Shown here piece after piece: positions 18,241 through 27,830 of a stretch of DNA of 64,000 nucleotides. Under the pieces are notes generated by a model. The model did not search any database, had not been told where the DNA came from, and saw nothing but the letters and a program-made list of their open reading frames with translations. This DNA comes from Candidatus Omnitrophota bacterium (lineage in GTDB: Bacteria > Omnitrophota > Gorgyraeia > Zapsychrales > Zapsychraceae). Location: NCBI GenBank assembly GCA_020429915.1, contig JAGQKV010000002.1, forward strand, positions 329,552 to 393,551, read 5' to 3'. The position numbers were made by a program, and so were the translations under genes. Every line of letters starts with the position of its first letter. Position 1 is the stretch's first letter.

Positions 18241-20460
18241 TTACTTGATAATATCGCCGACTTTAATATCGTACTTCTGATCCGTGATGGTCGCCGCGAC
18301 CAATTCGCCGCGAATCCTGGTCACTTCCAGGCTGGCGATGTATTCGGAATCGCGGTAGACATTGACCTTCTCTCCGATCATTAAAGACGTACTTTGGCTG
18401 AGGTGGATGATGACGAACGTCAAGTTCTTGTTGACGCGGCGAATGGATCCCAAGACTGCGCCGGATAGTCCATCACGATAGACGTCGTCCAAGTTTCCGT
18501 CACCGGCCTGTGCGGCCTGGGCCTTTGCCGCGAGCCTGATCCGGTCCGTGGCGATGCCGCCGGACTCATGGCCGTTACTATCTTGGGGCTGTTCCCAACG
18601 CTTGGCCGCCATATCGTAATCGTCATTATCCCCGCTAGAATAAGCCGCTCGGCTTCCGATCTCACCATTCCGGTTGTCCTGCTCATAAGCGTCTGTTGCG
18701 GACTGATGGCTATCTTTGAAAAATCGGCTCGGTTCCGGAGAGATGACCCCAACACGCTCGCGAGGCAAATATGTGGTCTGCGCGGGAATGTCTCCGGTAA
18801 TAATTTTGGGAGAAAGAAATATCACCGTCTCGGTTTTACGCACGAATTCGTCCTGACCACGAAAGGCCGCCCCGATAACCGGAATACTGCCCAGAACGGG
18901 CACTTTATTATGTGAATTGATCGTTTCATCCCGGATCAGTCCGCCGATAAAGATGGTGACGCCGTCTTTGACGGTCACCGTTGTTTCGGCCTCCGAAGTC
19001 TCGACGACCGGAATGGAATTGTTATTGCTGGTAATGACATTGCGCGTCACGGAACTGATCTCCGGCTTGACCTTCATGGTGATAAAATCGTCTCTATGGA
19101 TGGTGGGTGTGACAAACAATTTAACGCCGACTTCAATAAAATTGACGGATTCCGCTGTGGTTGTCGGCCCGGAAGCCGGCGTGGTCGTGGTGGATGTGAC
19201 ATACGGTTCGGTTGAACCCACGATAATCTTGGCCTCCTCGTTATTCAGGGTGGCGATACTCGGACTGGACAGGATATTGGTTTCCCCGATAGTTTCCAGG
19301 GCCTGGACCATAACCGCGTAATCATCCTTTTCCAGCGTACCGATGCTGAGCTGACCGCGTTTGTCTGTTGACTGCAGGACATCAAAGTTGCTGAGGAGGT
19401 TAAAATTGTGATGCTCCACCATCAGCTTTTCCCAATCCACACCCAGCTTGAACTCGTCGCTCAGGGTCACTTGCACGATCTTGGCCTCGATCAGCACTTC
19501 CAGATCTTTGTTGTCGAATGCGCGGACCATCTGGCGGATCTCGTTGAGTTTATCGGCCGTATCCGAGACGATTACCTTATTGGAACGTTTGTCCGTCCGA
19601 ACGGAGCCGATATCCGGCGTTAGCTCCTCGGTAATCTTCGCGGCGATATCTTCCGCCTCCGCGTAAACCAGGTCGAAAATCTCGGTGACAACCATTCCGT
19701 CCACCCAATTTACGATGTTTTCCATCTCATCCAACACATGCGGCTCGTCGGTCAGGATCAGCGTACTTGTCTTATCATCCGCCACCACTTTGCCGCCCGT
19801 ACTTTTCACCTGATTAAGCAAGGCAACGACGTCACCGATTTTGGCGTCTTCCAATCGTAAAATACGAGTCTCAAACTCTTGCCCGAAGGCACTGCGATAT
19901 TTGGCGAGATACTCCTCGGCCGTCATGATGTTAATGATGTTTCCGGTACGCAGAAAGGCCAGATTGTATGATTCAATAATGCTCTTGAGGGCCTCAAATA
20001 CCTCCACATTCTTAAGGTACACCGTGACTTTTCCCGAAACATTGGGGCTGACGATAATGTTGAGATCACTTTTTTGGGAGATGATCTTGATTAAATCCAG
20101 AATATCCATTTCTTTAACGTTGAGGACGTCAAAGACCATCATTTCGCTTTCCGCATCCCCATAGTTTGCCTTGACCCTGGATATATCGATCGTGCCGCTG
20201 ATTTCGGTCTTACCGTTTTGTCCGTTTTTGGCAATCTGCGTGCGGTGAAGTTCGTTGGTAATATCTCCATTGAAACGGTTTGCCGGCTGGTTCCGCTCAA
20301 TCCGCTGGATTCCGCGCAGTTGTCGGCGACCCTCGTCGAGACTATCGTTTTGAGCGTAAGCGGTTCCGGATAGCGCCGTAAACAGAACAAAAACAGGCAG
20401 AAGAAGTAGGGTGAGGTGGTATTGATTTTTGTGGTTGGGTGTTTTTTGGCATTCCTTCAT
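18241..20460 (-). CDS. gspD: Type II secretion system secretin GspD
   Basis: Signal peptide MKECQKTPNHKNQYHLTLLLLPVFVLFTALSGTAYA-Q (ATG at 20460 preferred over the track GTG at 20505); N0/N1-like domains and a secretin domain (VPVLGSIPVIGAAF); unusual ~130-aa C-terminal extension. Confidence 0.9.
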   Translation of the reverse strand: MKECQKTPNHKNQYHLTLLLLPVFVLFTALSGTAYAQNDSLDEGRRQLRGIQRIERNQPANRFNGDITNELHRTQIAKNGQNGKTEISGTIDISRVKANYGDAESEMMVFDVLNVKEMDILDLIKIISQKSDLNIIVSPNVSGKVTVYLKNVEVFEALKSIIESYNLAFLRTGNIINIMTAEEYLAKYRSAFGQEFETRILRLEDAKIGDVVALLNQVKSTGGKVVADDKTSTLILTDEPHVLDEMENIVNWVDGMVVTEIFDLVYAEAEDIAAKITEELTPDIGSVRTDKRSNKVIVSDTADKLNEIRQMVRAFDNKDLEVLIEAKIVQVTLSDEFKLGVDWEKLMVEHHNFNLLSNFDVLQSTDKRGQLSIGTLEKDDYAVMVQALETIGETNILSSPSIATLNNEEAKIIVGSTEPYVTSTTTTPASGPTTTAESVNFIEVGVKLFVTPTIHRDDFITMKVKPEISSVTRNVITSNNNSIPVVETSEAETTVTVKDGVTIFIGGLIRDETINSHNKVPVLGSIPVIGAAFRGQDEFVRKTETVIFLSPKIITGDIPAQTTYLPRERVGVISPEPSRFFKDSHQSATDAYEQDNRNGEIGSRAAYSSGDNDDYDMAAKRWEQPQDSNGHESGGIATDRIRLAAKAQAAQAGDGNLDDVYRDGLSGAVLGSIRRVNKNLTFVIIHLSQSTSLMIGEKVNVYRDSEYIASLEVTRIRGELVAATITDQKYDIKVGDIIK

Positions 20461-20810
20461 AACGGCCACCGACAAAATTAAACGCGCCAATATGGTCAGA
20501 TACACAAAATGCGTCTAAATCGACCGAGCGAAGATTGAAGGAATTAGCGGGGAAACATATTGGTCAGATATGGCTAAATCCGATCAATTCCTGTGTTTAA
20601 TTAGGGAAAACAGGATATTTACACGATATACCATAACCCGCGGCATGTCAAGCCGCCTATTTAGACTCTGAACGACACACTTTATGTCCGGGTTTGTCAG
20701 GGACTGTCCTGGATCATCCTGTATAGCTTAAACCCGCCTTGTAGGAAAACCGGCATATCCATGGGCGGTCAGCGATGAGATAATCCGTCCCGGGGCTCTC
20801 TTTCCGGCCT

Positions 20811-21344
20811 TTAGGGGTACATTTCAATCACTTCATCCCCGATCCGAAAAATTACTTTATCCTCGAAAATATCACTCAGTATAGCGCCCTTGATTTCATC
20901 GCCCAACGAAACGAAAAGCGTCTCCCGATTGATCAAGTCCTCCACCACGGCCTTGGGATTTTCGTCCCGGATGATCCCTACGAGACGCACACTCTGGGTA
21001 AATTCCATAACGGATTTCGCGCCTTCGAAATCGTCCGGTGGTTGCTCGGGCACCTCGCTTTGCTTCTCCCAGGGGGCTTCGAACAAATCCCGTTTGGTAA
21101 GATCCGTCAGGTAAGCTGCGAGTGGCTGTGCGCTTTTCAGCGTAGGATTGACCGGCTTCCCGGAGCGGGCCGGCACGCTGACGTCAATCGGCTCTCCTTG
21201 ACTCTCTCCCAAGGCGCCGCGGTACAGCTGTGCGGCATACAGCAAGGCGGCGCACAACCCCGCCAACAGCACACAATTAAGCCCCCGGAGCATCAGCATG
21301 CCCACGTTGCCGGCCTTGGATTGGAAAAGATGTGAATACAGCAC
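20811..21344 (-). CDS. GspC / PilP-like T2SS inner-membrane component
   Basis: 177 aa; N-terminal TM helix and a beta-rich C-terminal segment (VRLVGIIRD...ETLFVSLGDEIKGAILSDIFEDKVIFRIGDEVIEM) as in the GspC HR / PilP domain; its position between gspM-like and gspD supports this. Confidence 0.5.
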   Translation of the reverse strand: MLYSHLFQSKAGNVGMLMLRGLNCVLLAGLCAALLYAAQLYRGALGESQGEPIDVSVPARSGKPVNPTLKSAQPLAAYLTDLTKRDLFEAPWEKQSEVPEQPPDDFEGAKSVMEFTQSVRLVGIIRDENPKAVVEDLINRETLFVSLGDEIKGAILSDIFEDKVIFRIGDEVIEMYP

Positions 21345-21361
21345 ACGTCCCTTTCTGATAA

Positions 21362-21889
21362 CTATGGAATCAAGACCTTGCTAAGAATCAGCCTTATGCT
21401 GATCTCTTGAGAGCGCCGGGCCTTTTTGTCGTAATAAAACTCGTCTACCGTGAACATATACGGCTGCTTTTGCAGATGGTATAAGAAGTTTATGCTGTTT
21501 ACAAAGTTAGTGGTAATATTCAAACTTACCGAGAATTCGTTATAAAACTTGTTTTCGTTCACTCGTTGCGGTTGCAGACTGGCAATACGGACATCAAAAT
21601 TCCTGGCGACCTCTTCGATTTCCTTGAGTATTCCGGACATAACCTGTTCATTTCGTCCCTCCTGCCGGAAAAGATTCTGATAGTACTCATAATTGGTTGT
21701 CTTGGCCATACCGCGTGCAATGACACGTCGTTTTTCATTCAACAACTGCCGCTGGGCAACAATCTGATCCTCAGCGGCCTCCTGCCGGCGGCGCATCGGG
21801 ACGACTACGAATTGATAGCTGAGATAAACGGCCCCCAGGATCACCGTTGCGACAAACAGATTGCGTTCTCTATTAGACAGCGCGGCCAT
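21362..21889 (-). CDS. GspM / PilO-like T2SS component
   Basis: 175 aa, single N-terminal TM, coiled-coil and a periplasmic domain; position after gspL-like. Confidence 0.55.
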   Translation of the reverse strand: MAALSNRERNLFVATVILGAVYLSYQFVVVPMRRRQEAAEDQIVAQRQLLNEKRRVIARGMAKTTNYEYYQNLFRQEGRNEQVMSGILKEIEEVARNFDVRIASLQPQRVNENKFYNEFSVSLNITTNFVNSINFLYHLQKQPYMFTVDEFYYDKKARRSQEISIRLILSKVLIP

Positions 21890-21891
21890 GA

Positions 21892-23331
21892 CTAGGGCTC
21901 CTCTTCATCACACAGGGATGCCGTAAATTTGAAATCCGTGACCTGCATTGTGAAAATGCGACGGGACGTAGCGAATTCAAGATTGACCTTCCGAAACATC
22001 GGTTCATTGACCAACCGGGCTTGAAAATCATTCAAGGCCTCCCGCGTCTGCGCATAACCTTGTATCGTAAACACACATCGTTCATTAAGGTACAGTGAGT
22101 TCAGGGAAATATCCTCAGGCACAAGCTTCGCCAACTGGCCCATGACTTCCGGAATAAAGATGCGTCCGTCGACATACTGATCGAAATATTCAATAAGCCT
22201 CATCTTTCGTTTGGCTTCATCGATCTGCGGATCGAGCTCACTGACGGCAGAACGCAGCCGCTCTACCTGCTTCTCTTTTTCACTCAATCTGATCGACCAA
22301 ACAAACAATGCGGTGGCGTACAGCAGCATGACGCACAAAAAGAGTTTGATCAACTCACGTTTAAGAATCCTATTTTGCTTCGAAGCACGGATGGAGCGCG
22401 GCAGCAAACTGACCACTTGCTTAGGGTCCGCAAAATGGATTCCCATCGGCGCCGTCAGCGTTAACCCCGCATCTGCTTCAAGGACCGCATCACGCAAATG
22501 GCGGGGCAGGCTCACGCCGTCTGTCGGCGATATCGATTCGCAGGGCATTTGCAATTGCCCCTCCAACTGTCCGATAAACTCCTGCAAATCACTCTGTCCG
22601 GAGACTACGACAAACCGTGATAACGGACCGCCCATTCTTTCGCTTTCGTAGTATTTGATGCTCAAGGCTATCTGCTGGATCAATTCATCAGGCGTAGAGC
22701 GCAATTCCCTAAGGCCTACATTGACATTGCGGGAAAATATCAATCTTTGTTTCTCTAAAAAGCAAATCTCTGTATGATTCAAATCGATATTGCATAAGGC
22801 CAGCGGTGATTTGGCATCGAGACGGTTGCGGCCCGCCTGGTACCGGAACCATCCCAGCAATCCGAATGAACTGATGGTTATTCCGGCCAGCGTAAAACGT
22901 GCCTGCTCGGCCAGATCGATAAAACGTTCGGTGACATCTTTGGGTATGACGATCAGCAGGACCTTGGTATATCCTTCTTCATCACGGCTAATGACCCGAA
23001 TGTCGTATTCGACCTCATCCATGGTGTAAGGTGTCTGACTGCTTATCTGAATCTCCGCCATCTGTCGAAGCTCACGCTCGTCCTGGGACGGAAGGCGTAA
23101 TACCTTGAGAATCGCCAAATGCCGAGGGAGAACCAGATATGCCCCGCCTGCTTTGACGGCCTTGAGCCTGGCAAGTTCCCGCAGTGCCGGCAGCAGCTCC
23201 GCGTCGGCGTCTCCATTGACATGTTGAACCTCCAAAGCAGTCATCTGGCCTTGTCCGCGCACATACCGAGCCCGCACAAGCTTGAGGCAGTTGTCCGTCA
23301 TTGCTATCGCTGTAGGAATGTTTTTACTCAT
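21892..23331 (-). CDS. GspL-like protein (cytoplasmic actin-like PilM-type domain, TM helix, periplasmic PilN-like domain)
   Basis: 479 aa; domain order and a central TM (LIKLFLCVMLLYATALFVWSI); position between gspK and gspM-like. Confidence 0.7.
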   Translation of the reverse strand: MSKNIPTAIAMTDNCLKLVRARYVRGQGQMTALEVQHVNGDADAELLPALRELARLKAVKAGGAYLVLPRHLAILKVLRLPSQDERELRQMAEIQISSQTPYTMDEVEYDIRVISRDEEGYTKVLLIVIPKDVTERFIDLAEQARFTLAGITISSFGLLGWFRYQAGRNRLDAKSPLALCNIDLNHTEICFLEKQRLIFSRNVNVGLRELRSTPDELIQQIALSIKYYESERMGGPLSRFVVVSGQSDLQEFIGQLEGQLQMPCESISPTDGVSLPRHLRDAVLEADAGLTLTAPMGIHFADPKQVVSLLPRSIRASKQNRILKRELIKLFLCVMLLYATALFVWSIRLSEKEKQVERLRSAVSELDPQIDEAKRKMRLIEYFDQYVDGRIFIPEVMGQLAKLVPEDISLNSLYLNERCVFTIQGYAQTREALNDFQARLVNEPMFRKVNLEFATSRRIFTMQVTDFKFTASLCDEEEP

Positions 23332-23344
23332 ATCCTTGAGCCCG

Positions 23345-24436
23345 TCAATTGCGTTTCCAATACACCATATCCAAATTGTCGCGACCGATCACCGCTTCGA
23401 TCGTCGATGTGACCATCCGGTTTTGATCGACACCCGTTACAAAAACCCGAACGAAATTCGCTTTACGGGTCCGGTGCAAATTAGACATCCGGATAAACAG
23501 TGCCTGCTCCCTGCGGTTGAGCATGAGACCGTCCGCCTCGATAATCCGGTCATCGCCTGTATTCTCGATTCGATCATCGCCGCGGCGGTAATCCAGCATT
23601 TTTCGTACCAAGGACTCGGCATCGTTCTCATCGGTACCGCTGGCGCGTCCGGAAACCGCGATAGCGAGTGAGCGCAACATGATTTCGGGAGCCGTGTTAA
23701 AATTGATCCGCAACTCGCCACCCGGCGGAAATAAGGTCACGTACGGCTTTAAGTCGGCAAACAACTCCGGAGTGACCCCGCGAATCAGCAGAAGTTCTTC
23801 CAAGGATTCGAACTGCATATTCTTGGGTCGATAAGGCTTCTCCAATCCTTGGTAATATTCCAATTCCGCTCCGTACTCCGAATCATTCAAGACGTCATCC
23901 GGATCACGCCAGTCAATCACCCCGTGCGTCACCGTAAGGGCGACTTCTTCCTCATACCCCAACTCCTGGATGAGCGTACTCAGGATAAGGAAGTTATTTT
24001 TGGTAACCGTATTCAGATTAATGCGCCGCTCCTCGTCGGCCATTCCGTAGGCATGCACCGGCTTCGCCCCATCCGCTTGCCGATGCCAATAGCCGATTTC
24101 AAAGTAACCGTCGCCGAGTTCATGCCGCTGGAAGAGATCTTCGGCCGTCTTGTCTGCGACCGGCCGGACTGCACACCAGGTCAGGCTGTCGAATTTGGCA
24201 GACTCTTCATCCGCCGTATCTTCCTCGATAAGATGCAGCGCATACTGAACGCCGCCCCAGGCCAAATACTTCGACTTAATCTTCCCGATAAAATTGTTGG
24301 CCAAGGCAAATTCTATGCGCGTACTTTGTCCGAGGCTTAGCGATAAGAAGCTGAGCAGAACCAGGACCCACAGAACAGTGATAATCACCATCCCCCCGCG
24401 ATTGCCGGCCAAGCGGCCTAACCTTAAGCGCCTCAT
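23345..24436 (-). CDS. gspK: T2SS minor pseudopilin GspK
   Basis: 363 aa; N-terminus RGGMVIITVLWVLVLLSFLSLSLG is typical of GspK; large periplasmic domain. Confidence 0.8.
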   Translation of the reverse strand: MRRLRLGRLAGNRGGMVIITVLWVLVLLSFLSLSLGQSTRIEFALANNFIGKIKSKYLAWGGVQYALHLIEEDTADEESAKFDSLTWCAVRPVADKTAEDLFQRHELGDGYFEIGYWHRQADGAKPVHAYGMADEERRINLNTVTKNNFLILSTLIQELGYEEEVALTVTHGVIDWRDPDDVLNDSEYGAELEYYQGLEKPYRPKNMQFESLEELLLIRGVTPELFADLKPYVTLFPPGGELRINFNTAPEIMLRSLAIAVSGRASGTDENDAESLVRKMLDYRRGDDRIENTGDDRIIEADGLMLNRREQALFIRMSNLHRTRKANFVRVFVTGVDQNRMVTSTIEAVIGRDNLDMVYWKRN

Positions 24437-25167
24437 CTCAACCGGCTCCAGACCTGTGGGGGGATCAGCACTTCGTTATCGAAAGTGACGATCCCGTCCG
24501 GATTATCGGGAGGAACCAAATTGAGCTCAATCCGCACGCTGAGAGGTAAATCATTACCTTCCCACTCGTCTGCCCAACTGACGGAGGCGGCCTCATTTTC
24601 TTCTGCGACTCCCAGCGTACTGTACGAGAATCGTAACCCTTCCGGTTTAACATGAATGGCAATCACTTCCAGGTCATCATCATCGGTAATATCCGCATCG
24701 CGTTGACCGGTGACGAAATCGGGGAAATCCGTCTGACGACGGACGAGCAGCCGGGTTTGTTCCGGCTGACTGTCGCCGAGAGTGACACGCACGTTCTTTT
24801 TGTAGGCCTGATAGTTGACAATGGTCTTGTGAACCTTCCCGGATTCCTCCGCCAATAAAAAATAGCTCACCGCTTTTAGACCGTTGGGTGTGGGTGCCAT
24901 AAAGGTTATTTTGTCCTTTGTTCCCATGAAACTGAATCTTTCGGGATACGATTCGGACAGATTATACTTCACCATATTTTCAATTTCCCGGCTCATCATG
25001 TCCAGGGACCAGTAGGCCTGACGGTAAACTTCTTGCGAGGCATCGGTTTTGTAACTCAACCTGACGCCGCCCCAGAAAACCGAATAAATGGTCAGCATGA
25101 CCACCGACAGCAGGCTCAGCCCAAGAATTAACTCGATAAGGGTAAAGCCTTCCCGCCGCCGGATCAT
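24433..25167 (-). CDS. T2SS minor pseudopilin GspJ-like
   Basis: Prepilin-type N-terminus REGFTLIELILGLSLL (start at internal ATG 25167). Confidence 0.65.
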   Translation of the reverse strand: MIRRREGFTLIELILGLSLLSVVMLTIYSVFWGGVRLSYKTDASQEVYRQAYWSLDMMSREIENMVKYNLSESYPERFSFMGTKDKITFMAPTPNGLKAVSYFLLAEESGKVHKTIVNYQAYKKNVRVTLGDSQPEQTRLLVRRQTDFPDFVTGQRDADITDDDDLEVIAIHVKPEGLRFSYSTLGVAEENEAASVSWADEWEGNDLPLSVRIELNLVPPDNPDGIVTFDNEVLIPPQVWSRLR

Positions 25168-25568
25168 GGGGCTGTCCGTACGTACGTCGCGATCTGAAAG
25201 CGACTGGTCTTGCCACCATTTTGCCACTCCGCGGTCAAGGTATCGATCTCCAGATCACTCGCCTCCGGACTGGCCGCAGCGTCGATGGTAAAAATAAACG
25301 CGTCCGGCTCGTCATTCCCGCCTTCCGGCCTGCCAGACGGTCCCGCGCCCTGAATACGCGATTCCTTCAACAAACGGGTCATTTCCGTGTCGGCGGCCAT
25401 CGCGGCCTGGGTGTATTGAGCGGCATAGCGGGCCCCCCGCAGACTGGAGGTCATTGACTGGATGATCACACCCAGACTGATCGACATGATGACCAATGCC
25501 AACAGGACCTCCAGGAGAAGTGTTCCACGCCGGTCACGAGTCAAGCGGCTTCCTGTGTGATAGTTCAA
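25164..25568 (-). CDS. T2SS minor pseudopilin GspI-like
   Basis: 134 aa; RRGTLLLEVLLALVIMSISLG prepilin-type N-terminus. Confidence 0.65.
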   Translation of the reverse strand: MNYHTGSRLTRDRRGTLLLEVLLALVIMSISLGVIIQSMTSSLRGARYAAQYTQAAMAADTEMTRLLKESRIQGAGPSGRPEGGNDEPDAFIFTIDAAASPEASDLEIDTLTAEWQNGGKTSRFQIATYVRTAP

Positions 25569-26104
25569 CTGTAACCCTCCGAATCAAAACTGCGAATGAA
25601 ACCGCGCTGGATGCGCGTCGAAATAATTTTACAGCGCTCTTGCTTGCACACGGCCAACTCCGCCTTGTCCATCCGTCCGTCCGGATAAAATGTCAGCCCT
25701 GCGATAGTCGCATCGATCTTCACGACCAATTCCGCCGGCACTCGTCGCTTGGCCCCCATGCGTCCGGAGAGCCGCTCAAACTCGTTCGACGCCTCTTCCA
25801 CGCTGGGATCCGCGCTACGGACCTCCGTCAGCCAATACTCCGTCAATTCCGTATTGAATTCAAGACGCACCGGCCGGCTTCTGGTAATCGCCCGGCTTTG
25901 CGCATAGCGCATCAGGTTGATCAGTTCAGCGGCACTTTTTTCGAATTGATATTTGGTGAGAGATTTTGATAGGCTCGGGGCACTTAATCCCGCGATGACC
26001 GTCAGAATAAGCAAAACCAGAATGATCTCGACCAACGTAAATGCCCGAACGTCGTCCGCCAACTGACGGTACGGGTCCGGCCAAATTCTTTCGTAATTCG
26101 CCAT
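25565..26104 (-). CDS. T2SS minor pseudopilin GspH-like
   Basis: 179 aa; VRAFTLVEIILVLLILTVIAGLSAPS prepilin-type N-terminus. Confidence 0.65.
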   Translation of the reverse strand: MANYERIWPDPYRQLADDVRAFTLVEIILVLLILTVIAGLSAPSLSKSLTKYQFEKSAAELINLMRYAQSRAITRSRPVRLEFNTELTEYWLTEVRSADPSVEEASNEFERLSGRMGAKRRVPAELVVKIDATIAGLTFYPDGRMDKAELAVCKQERCKIISTRIQRGFIRSFDSEGYS

Positions 26105-26138
26105 AACATCCTCATCCCCGCCTCGCTGCCAGATTTAT

Positions 26139-26573
26139 TCACGAGTTCCAGTTCGTGATATCGTCGGCGCTTTCCTTACCGTCGGCTCCGAACGAATACA
26201 AATCGAAAGACTCCGGATTATTGACTCCCGGAGACACATATACATAGGAATTTCCCCACGGGTCAGAAGGGACATCCTTTTTCTTAAGGTACGGACCATT
26301 CCAGGTATCGCCCGAACCGATGCCCGAATCCGGCTTACGAATGAGCGCCTTCAACCCCTGATCCGTCGTGGGATAACCGCCATTTTCAATCTCAAACATA
26401 TCCAAGGCCATAGGTATCGCCACTTCGATATCGTTCTTGGTCGCCTTCAACTGCGCGTCTTTGGACCTTCCCGCGAAATTCGGTATGACCATGGCGGCCA
26501 ATATCCCGATGATGATGACGACCAGCATTATTTCAACAAGTGTAAAACCAGCGGTTCTTCGGTTCAAATTCAT
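26139..26573 (-). CDS. gspG: T2SS major pseudopilin GspG
   Basis: 144 aa; MNLNRRTAGFTLVEIMLVVIIIGILAAMVIPNF is canonical for GspG. Confidence 0.9.
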   Translation of the reverse strand: MNLNRRTAGFTLVEIMLVVIIIGILAAMVIPNFAGRSKDAQLKATKNDIEVAIPMALDMFEIENGGYPTTDQGLKALIRKPDSGIGSGDTWNGPYLKKKDVPSDPWGNSYVYVSPGVNNPESFDLYSFGADGKESADDITNWNS

Positions 26574-26587
26574 ACTTTGTCCTCCTA

Positions 26588-27823
26588 TTATGAAATCAGC
26601 AGGTTCATTTGGAAAATCGGGAGAAGCATCGCCACCACCATAAAACCGACGATGCCCACAATAATCATAAGGACCAGCGGCCCGACCAAAGATACCAAGG
26701 TCTTCATGATATCATCGGCAAGCCGTTCCGAAGTGTGCGCAACTTTATTGAATCCCTTGCCGAGATTTCCGGTCTCTTCTCCCACGGTAATAATATTGAT
26801 GGCCATTTCCGAAAAAAAAGAGCATTTCTTTAGGGCGGTATGCACGGCAGCCCCCTGACTGACTTCCCTGGGGACATGACTGAACTCCTCCCTGAGAATG
26901 TTGTTTTGGACGGTGCTACAGGCCGAATTCAGCGCGGAGGTGATATCCAGACGGCTTTCGATCAGGGTCCCCAACGTGCGGCTGACCCTTCCGAGCTCGA
27001 CCATCCGGATAAATCCTCCCAGAAGAGGAATGCGCAGTTTAAACTCATCGATCGCGGCGGCCCCCTGAGGCGTCCCCGCGTACGCCGTGCCGCCCGCAAT
27101 CAAGCCGATCACAGCCGCCAGCAGCACCCACCAGTACCCGGCGAAAAATTCGCTTATACCGATCAGGACCATGGTAACGGTCGGCAACTCTTGGCCGAGG
27201 TCGTCAAACATGACCGTAATGCGCGGAATGACCCATGTCAACAGAACAAAGACGGTGGCGATTCCCACCAGTAAAATCAGAAAAGGATAAGCCAGACTCG
27301 ACAGAACGCGCCCCTGCACTTCCTGCTCCTTCTCGAGATAATTGGCCAACCGGTCGAGAATCATGGCCAGCTGGCCGCTGGCCTCGCCGGTTCGCACCAG
27401 CTCCACATAAAAGTTTGAAAACAATTTCCGATGACCCCGCAAGGCTTCGGAAAGCGAGCTGCCGTTCTCCAGGGCCGAATAGATCCTTTGATACAATTCT
27501 TTGAGCGCAGGACGATCGGTTTGCCTGCGGACAATCGCCATCGCACGCAGAATAGGCACCGAGGCATCGACCAAGTCGCTCAGCTGCCGGGTAAAAACGA
27601 CGATATCCCTGGGGCGGACCCCGCTCACTCCCAATGTGGCGACACGCGACCGCTGCCCCGCTTTCTTCTTGGGCTTCGCGCCTGCCATGGCAAGGGACAC
27701 ATCGATCGGCGTGTAACCGGACTGGATCACTTTACGGATGGCCATCTCCTTGTTTTCCGCCTCGATCGTTCCCTGCACGATATTCCGGGGACCCTGCTTC
27801 GCTCTGTAATTAAATGTATTCAT
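26588..27823 (-). CDS. gspF: T2SS inner-membrane platform protein GspF
   Basis: 411 aa; duplicated GspF domains, three TM helices. Confidence 0.93.
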   Translation of the reverse strand: MNTFNYRAKQGPRNIVQGTIEAENKEMAIRKVIQSGYTPIDVSLAMAGAKPKKKAGQRSRVATLGVSGVRPRDIVVFTRQLSDLVDASVPILRAMAIVRRQTDRPALKELYQRIYSALENGSSLSEALRGHRKLFSNFYVELVRTGEASGQLAMILDRLANYLEKEQEVQGRVLSSLAYPFLILLVGIATVFVLLTWVIPRITVMFDDLGQELPTVTMVLIGISEFFAGYWWVLLAAVIGLIAGGTAYAGTPQGAAAIDEFKLRIPLLGGFIRMVELGRVSRTLGTLIESRLDITSALNSACSTVQNNILREEFSHVPREVSQGAAVHTALKKCSFFSEMAINIITVGEETGNLGKGFNKVAHTSERLADDIMKTLVSLVGPLVLMIIVGIVGFMVVAMLLPIFQMNLLIS

Positions 27824-27830
27824 AGCCGTT

